Below, piece after piece: positions 58,255-64,000 of a stretch of DNA of 64,000 nucleotides. The position numbers and the translations under genes were made by a program. Location: positions 1-64,000 of the IMG/VR virus record IMGVR_UViG_3300017917_002116; one strand, written 5' to 3'. This DNA is from a virus. Below the pieces are notes generated by a model, which ran no database searches, had not been told where the DNA came from, and saw only the letters and a list, made by a program, of their open reading frames with translations. How positions within the stretch are numbered: position 1 is the first letter of the stretch; each line of letters begins with the position of its first letter.

Positions 58255-59399
58255 TGCCATTAGATTTAGGAAATATAAAAAGCGCCAATACAATACCCGC
58301 AGACAGTTCAGTATCATCTAATAAACTAGCCTCTGGTGCAGTAACCTTGGATAAATTAGGAACCGACGCGGTAATTCCAAGAATTTCTACAATAGAAGTA
58401 ACAGATAGTAGTTGGACAGTTTTAGATGATACCGCAGTAGACACCTCCGGTGGATATATCAAAATTACGGGTTCGGGATTTTTAACTGGTTGCAATGTTG
58501 TTATTGGCACTACAACAGCAACTTCGGTTACTGTGGTTAACAGCACTACTTTGAGAGTTCAAGTGCCTGCGCTGTCAGCAGCCACTTATAATGTTTATGC
58601 TGTTAACACCGACGGAGGTACAGGAACAAAAATTAACGGATTAACTTATAGTGCATTACCTTCTTGGGTAACATCTAGCAGTCTTTCAGCAACATCCGGA
58701 GTTGCATTTAGTACACAATTAAGTGCTACAGAAGCAACTAGTTATGCGTTAGTTAGTGGTTCTTCCTTACCCACCGGGGCAACATTAACATCGGGTGGAT
58801 TACTAAGTGGTACTATTACGGTGGCTAATCCAACCACATATAATTTTACTATCAATGCTGTTGATGCTCAAAATCAAGATAGTCAGCGAGCATTTTCCTT
58901 AGCAGTTAGTACATTGGCTGGAATACGTTGTAGATATATGCGTATTGTTCAGACTAGCACTGCTTATGGAAACCATACGGTATGGCAACTTATAGTTAAA
59001 GGTAATACAGATGCTAATGGTACACAACGTTTCTTATTTAATGATAGTGCAATCCGTTCAGCAATTACTGCACCTGCTGCTAGTTGGGGCAACGGCTTTG
59101 CACAAATAGACGGAAGCACAGGCGCTTTCCAAACTTATTTCAGAAATACTGCTGGCCTTGCTTCTGGGGGATACTATTACTATATTTCAGATGCCAACGC
59201 TAATATAAGTTATACATTTGATTTTACTACAGCCTTTCCTACTATTTGTGAAGTGTGGATTTCTGGGGTCGCGACCAACGGATATACTTATTATAATAAC
59301 GGATACGTTCAATTTAGTTTAAATGGTACTACTTGGTCTAATAATTACGCTCTTACCGGTGCTAATGCGTATAACGATATTCCGCCAGTGGTGCTTTGA
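58254..59399 (+). CDS. virion protein with IPT/TIG and putative Ig domains
   Basis: GG.IKITGSGF..G..V.IG...TSVTVVNSTTL.V.VPA (IPT/TIG); SLPTG.TLTSGGLLSGT (Ig); aromatic-rich C-terminal domain. Confidence 0.75.
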   Translation: MPLDLGNIKSANTIPADSSVSSNKLASGAVTLDKLGTDAVIPRISTIEVTDSSWTVLDDTAVDTSGGYIKITGSGFLTGCNVVIGTTTATSVTVVNSTTLRVQVPALSAATYNVYAVNTDGGTGTKINGLTYSALPSWVTSSSLSATSGVAFSTQLSATEATSYALVSGSSLPTGATLTSGGLLSGTITVANPTTYNFTINAVDAQNQDSQRAFSLAVSTLAGIRCRYMRIVQTSTAYGNHTVWQLIVKGNTDANGTQRFLFNDSAIRSAITAPAASWGNGFAQIDGSTGAFQTYFRNTAGLASGGYYYYISDANANISYTFDFTTAFPTICEVWISGVATNGYTYYNNGYVQFSLNGTTWSNNYALTGANAYNDIPPVVL

Positions 59400-59470
59400 T
59401 CATATAACCAATAGGTAAATATTCAATTATGATAAAAAGATTAAATTGTAAATAAGGAATAGAAAAAATA

Positions 59471-59717
59471 ATGTCGTTCCCATCAAGTCCTAGTAACGGT
59501 GATCAAGCAACAGTCGGTGGTATACTCTATCAGTATAGCAGCACTACAATATAGTATCAACACTAATTTACTTGGTACATTGACAACAAGTGCCCTGATA
59601 ACTACATTTGTGCTGACAGTGGATAAAAGACTAACTATTTCAACATCTGACGCACTAATTGACCCGGCAGTTGTTAACCCCGAGCAGGCCTACCTGACAG
59701 ACTCAACTTCTGGTTAA
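59471..59717 (+). pseudogene. degraded fibre gene remnant
   Basis: late promoters (59416, 59449) and AAGGA SD precede MSFPSSPSNGDQATVGGILYQYSSTTI* (stop at 59554); a Thr-rich continuation lies in the +1 frame to 59717. Confidence 0.55.
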
Positions 59718-59762
59718 AACACAGAACCTGGGTTATTTTAAAACAATAAAACCAAAGTTTGA

Positions 59763-59768
59763 TAAATA
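59763..59768 (+). promoter_or_regulatory. late promoter (TAAATA)
   Basis: intergenic, upstream of the last fibre gene. Confidence 0.55.
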
Positions 59769-59826
59769 CTCTACAGAATAGTAGGAAACGATTGACCTAT
59801 GACTTCAATAGGAGTATATACTCAAA

Positions 59827-62800
59827 ATGGCCAATACAATCATTTTAAAGCGCAGTGCGACCCCTGGTAAGGTACCTACCACGGCTCAACTAGCACTGGG
59901 CGAAATTGCTATTAACACACATGACGGTTTAATCTACATCAAGAAAGACAATGGAACACCCAGCGTAGTTCAAATTGGTGGTGTAACCAGTGTTAACGGC
60001 GAAACCGGTGCAGTAACAATAGACACCGGCGATATTACAGAAAACGGCAATTTGTTCTTTACAAATGCCAGAGCACGTAGCGCACTAAGCGCAGGAACAG
60101 GTATTAGCTACAATAGTGGCACAGGTGCGATCAGTACATCACAAAACCTAAGCACAGCAGGTAGTCCAACATTTGCTGGCTTGACACTAACAGGTGGTAT
60201 CAGTAGTATTGCAGGTAGCATCATTCCTAGTGCTGACGTTACTTATGACCTAGGTAGCTCATCTAAGCAGTGGAAAGATATCTACGTTGGTCCAGGTTCT
60301 TTATACGTTAACGGTAGTAAAGTTCTTCAAGACGATACAGGCACAATTTCTTTCAGTGCTGACACAGACCAAAATATCCGTATTAAGACACTGGGTACAG
60401 GTATTCTACAGTTAGGTTCTAGCTCAACAATATTACAAGTTGACAGTACATTGCAAATTACCAGCGGTAAGAACATTACTGACAGTTCTGGTATCAAAGT
60501 TAATTTCGGTGATAACATCGAAATGAACGGTAACAAAGTTATCGGTCTTGGTGCCCCAAGTTCTGCTAACGATGCCGCCACAAAGACCTATGTGGACACA
60601 CAAGTCGCTGCAATTAGCACAAGCAGTATCAGTCAAGGTAACAGTAACGTTACAGTAACAGACACAGGTACTGGCACAGTAACAGTTACAGTTGACGGTA
60701 GCACAGCTCTTACAGTTGATGCAACCGGTGTAACAGTTGCAGGTAACTTTACAGTTAGCGGTACTCAGACCGTTGTTAACTCAAACACAATTAACTTAGC
60801 TGACAACATTATTACATTGAACAGCGACCATACTGGTGCCCCAAGTCAGAACGCTGGTATTTTAGTTGAGCGTGGCGATGAAGCAGACGTACAACTACGT
60901 TGGAACGAGGGTTCTGACAAGTGGACATTTACCAATGATGGAGCAGTATATTACCCAATGGCGGTAAGCACTACCGATCTAGCTGAAGGTACAAACTTAT
61001 ATTATACAGACACTCGCGCTCGTGGCGCAGTAAGTGCTACAAGTGCTACTGGTATTAGCTATAACAGCGCAACTGGCACATTCAGTTTAGGAAGTATTCC
61101 AAATAGTAGTTTGTCCAACAACAGTATTACTATTAACGGCACATCTGTTGCTCTAGGTGGTACACGTACATTAGATACTGATGCAGTTAGTGAAGGTTCT
61201 ACTAACTTATATCACACAACAACTCGCGCACGTAGCGCAGTGAGTGCAGGCACAGGTATTAGTTATAACAGCACAACTGGTGTAATTAGTACAAGTGCTA
61301 TTCCAAACGCAAGTTTGTCTAACAGCTCAGTGACTGTTGGTTCTACATCAATCAGCTTGGGTGCTAGCTCTACAACATTGGCTGGTTTAACGAGCGTTAC
61401 ATCTACCAGCTTTATTGGTGCACTAACTGGTAATGCTGATACAGCAACTAGCGCAGGTAAGTGGACAACTGGTCGCACAATCACTTTAGGTGGTGACTTA
61501 ACAGGTAGCGTAAGTATTGACGGTAGTGCAAACGTAACCCTAACAGCCACAGTGGCCGCCAACAGCGTTGCACTTGGTACAGATACAACTGGTAACTACA
61601 TGAGCGATGTTACTGCTGGTACAGGTATTAGCGTAAGCCACACAGCAGGTGAAGGCTCTACTGCTACAATCAGCATTGATACAGGTACAACAGTTGATAA
61701 GACAACTGCTCAAACATTGACTAATAAGTCATTGAGCGACAGTACAACTTATTTTATTGATGAAACTGATGGTACTAAGAAACTACAGTTCCAGTTAAGT
61801 GGTATTACTACTGCAACAACTCGTACATTAACAGTACCTGACGTAAGTGGTACAATTATCACAACTGGCGACACTGGTACAGTCACCAATGCAATGTTGG
61901 CAGGTTCTATTGCTAACGCAAAACTAGCTAACAGCACAATCAGCGGCAAGGCACTAGGTACAAACCTAGACGCATTGACAATTGGCACAGGCCTAAGCGG
62001 TACAAGCTATAACGGCAGTAGCGCAGTTACTATTGCTATTGACAGCACTGTTGCTACATTAACAGGTACACAGACACTAACCAATAAGACATTAGGTGCA
62101 ACAACTATTTCAGGTCACTTGACTCCTTCTGTTGACGTGACTTACGACTTGGGTGATGCTACACATAGATTCCGTGATTTATACCTAAGTGGTTCTACAA
62201 TTAAGTTGGGTTCTGCTACAATCTCTGCAAGTGGTTCTGGTGTTGCGATGTCTAGCGTTGTATTGTCCGGTTCTACAAGTGGTACAGTAACATTGTCTGC
62301 ACCTGCGGTTGCTGGAACAACAGCAATTACAGTACCAGCAACAGCTGGCACATTGGTAACAACAGGTGACACTGGTACTGTTACCAACACAATGTTGGCA
62401 GGTAGCATTGCTAACGCAAAATTAGCAAACTCAAGTGTAACAGTTGGTACAACTGCAATTTCATTAGGTTCTAGTTCAACTACACTAGCTGGTATGACTG
62501 GTATTACCTTCAGCGGTAGCACTAGTGGTACAGCACAAATTGTTCCAGCCGCAGTAGCAGGTTCTGGCACAGTATTAACATTACCAGCCGCAACAGGTAC
62601 ATTGGCAACATTGGCCGGTACTGAAACATTGACTAATAAGACAATTGCCGCAGGTAGCAATACAATTAGTGGTTTGACTAACAGTAACTTGAGTGGTACT
62701 GCTGGTATTACTAATGCTAACTTAGCAAACAGCAGTGTAACAGTCACAGCTGGCACTGGCCTAAGCGGCGGTGGTTCAGTAGCACTAGGTAGTAGCGTAA

Positions 62801-64000
62801 CATTAACTAACGCAGGTGTAACAAGCATTGCTGGCACAGCAAACCAAATTACTGCAAGTGCTAGCACAGGTAGCGTAACACTAAGCCTACCAAGTAGCGT
62901 TACAATGCCTGGTGATCTAACAGTTACAGGTAACTTAACAGTTAGCGGTACAACTACAACAGTAAGTTCTACAACATTAAGTGTTGCAGATAAGAACATT
63001 GAACTTGCTAAAGGTAGTTCAACAGACGCGGCAGCAGATGGTGGCGGTATCACATTAATTGGTACCACAAACAAGACCTTCAACTGGGTTAACAGTACAG
63101 GTGCTTGGACAAGCAGTGAACATATTGCTACAGCAGCCGGCAAGTATCATATTTTTGCTGGTTCTACAAGCGGAACAACTAATGTCCAAGCCAGTGCAAC
63201 TGCTAGCGGTACATTAACATTACCAGCTGCTACAGATACGCTAGTTGGTAAGGCCACAACAGATACACTAACCAACAAGACAATTGCTGCTGGTTCAAAC
63301 ACAATTACTGGTTTGACAAACAGCAACTTGAGTGGTACTGCTGGTATTACTAATGCTAACCTAGCCAACAGCACAATTTCTGGCGTAGCACTAGGTAGCA
63401 ACTTGAACACATTGACACTAGCTACATCTGGTACAGGTCTAAGTGGTTCTGCTACTTACAACGGTTCCGGTGCAACTACATTCACTGTAACAAGTAACGC
63501 AACCAGTGCTAACACAGCAAGCACAGTAGTTGCTCGTGATGCTAGCGGTAACTTCAGTGCTGGTACTATTACTGCTACCCTAACAGGTACAGCAACAGGT
63601 CTAGCAGGCACACCAAACATCACAGTTGGTACAATTACATCTGGCGCTATTGCAGCCACTGGTGCAATTACTGCTACTGGTGATATTACAGCTTACTTCT
63701 CTGACTTGAGACTGAAGACAAACATTGTTCCAATCGCTGATGCACTTGCAAAAGTCGAAGCATTGAATGGTGTTGAATTCGATCCTAACGAGACAGCTCT
63801 TGGTCTTGGTGTTGACAACAAACACCAGATCGGTGTTATCGCTCAAGAAGTTGAAGCAGTTGCACCAGAATTGGTTGTTGATAGTGCGATCGCTGGCTAT
63901 AAGACAGTTAAGTATGACAAGCTAACAGCATTGTTGATCGAAGCTGTCAAAGAGTTGAGTGCTAAAGTGAAGACACTAGAAGCACAGTTGGGTGGTACTA
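59827..64000 (+). CDS. long tail fibre with C-terminal Peptidase S74 intramolecular chaperone (>=1391 aa, runs off window end; absent from the ORF track)
   Basis: AGGAG SD; MANTIILKRSATPGKVPTTAQLALGEIAINTHDG start; same frame at the end reads SDLRLKTNI...GVIAQEVEAVAPELV...VKYDKLTALLIEAVKEL. Confidence 0.9.
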   Translation, partial: MANTIILKRSATPGKVPTTAQLALGEIAINTHDGLIYIKKDNGTPSVVQIGGVTSVNGETGAVTIDTGDITENGNLFFTNARARSALSAGTGISYNSGTGAISTSQNLSTAGSPTFAGLTLTGGISSIAGSIIPSADVTYDLGSSSKQWKDIYVGPGSLYVNGSKVLQDDTGTISFSADTDQNIRIKTLGTGILQLGSSSTILQVDSTLQITSGKNITDSSGIKVNFGDNIEMNGNKVIGLGAPSSANDAATKTYVDTQVAAISTSSISQGNSNVTVTDTGTGTVTVTVDGSTALTVDATGVTVAGNFTVSGTQTVVNSNTINLADNIITLNSDHTGAPSQNAGILVERGDEADVQLRWNEGSDKWTFTNDGAVYYPMAVSTTDLAEGTNLYYTDTRARGAVSATSATGISYNSATGTFSLGSIPNSSLSNNSITINGTSVALGGTRTLDTDAVSEGSTNLYHTTTRARSAVSAGTGISYNSTTGVISTSAIPNASLSNSSVTVGSTSISLGASSTTLAGLTSVTSTSFIGALTGNADTATSAGKWTTGRTITLGGDLTGSVSIDGSANVTLTATVAANSVALGTDTTGNYMSDVTAGTGISVSHTAGEGSTATISIDTGTTVDKTTAQTLTNKSLSDSTTYFIDETDGTKKLQFQLSGITTATTRTLTVPDVSGTIITTGDTGTVTNAMLAGSIANAKLANSTISGKALGTNLDALTIGTGLSGTSYNGSSAVTIAIDSTVATLTGTQTLTNKTLGATTISGHLTPSVDVTYDLGDATHRFRDLYLSGSTIKLGSATISASGSGVAMSSVVLSGSTSGTVTLSAPAVAGTTAITVPATAGTLVTTGDTGTVTNTMLAGSIANAKLANSSVTVGTTAISLGSSSTTLAGMTGITFSGSTSGTAQIVPAAVAGSGTVLTLPAATGTLATLAGTETLTNKTIAAGSNTISGLTNSNLSGTAGITNANLANSSVTVTAGTGLSGGGSVALGSSVTLTNAGVTSIAGTANQITASASTGSVTLSLPSSVTMPGDLTVTGNLTVSGTTTTVSSTTLSVADKNIELAKGSSTDAAADGGGITLIGTTNKTFNWVNSTGAWTSSEHIATAAGKYHIFAGSTSGTTNVQASATASGTLTLPAATDTLVGKATTDTLTNKTIAAGSNTITGLTNSNLSGTAGITNANLANSTISGVALGSNLNTLTLATSGTGLSGSATYNGSGATTFTVTSNATSANTASTVVARDASGNFSAGTITATLTGTATGLAGTPNITVGTITSGAIAATGAITATGDITAYFSDLRLKTNIVPIADALAKVEALNGVEFDPNETALGLGVDNKHQIGVIAQEVEAVAPELVVDSAIAGYKTVKYDKLTALLIEAVKELSAKVKTLEAQLGGT

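Noticed and set aside
60327-63846. Several minus-strand ORFs up to 333 aa
   Set aside because: Shadows of the true + strand fibre gene starting at 59827, which the track omits because it has no stop in the window.
1-64000. Alternative genetic code, tRNA genes, integrase or transposase
   Set aside because: Long genes are intact in code 11 with TAA, TGA and TAG used as stops; no cloverleaf or recombinase motifs were seen by eye.

Overview
This is a 64-kb segment of a large (probably jumbo) T4-related myophage genome, AT-rich and using the standard genetic code. 1-18.2 kb (- strand): baseplate-wedge and fibre genes, including a 3037-aa giant wedge protein, gp6-like and gp25-like genes. 18.3-27.3 kb: an accessory island with a repeat lipoprotein, an HNH nuclease, a ferredoxin-NADP reductase / fatty-acid desaturase / acyl carrier protein operon converging on a radical-SAM + 2OG-Fe(II) oxygenase pair, an ATP-dependent DNA ligase and a MazG-like NTP pyrophosphatase. 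27.3-34.7 kb (-): baseplate hub/spike genes with several candidate cell-wall hydrolase domains. 34.8-39.1 kb (+): gp55 late sigma factor, gp47/gp46, an Hc1-like protein and a GIY-YIG nuclease. 39.1-39.6 kb: a ~490-nt non-coding, densely base-paired, pseudoknotted element, the best candidate here for an undescribed system. Next come tail assembly chaperones with a probable -1 frameshift, a tape-measure-like gene, the head module (portal, protease, scaffold, major capsid) and a series of repeat-rich fibre genes running off the window end. All family assignments come from motif recognition by eye; no searches were run.
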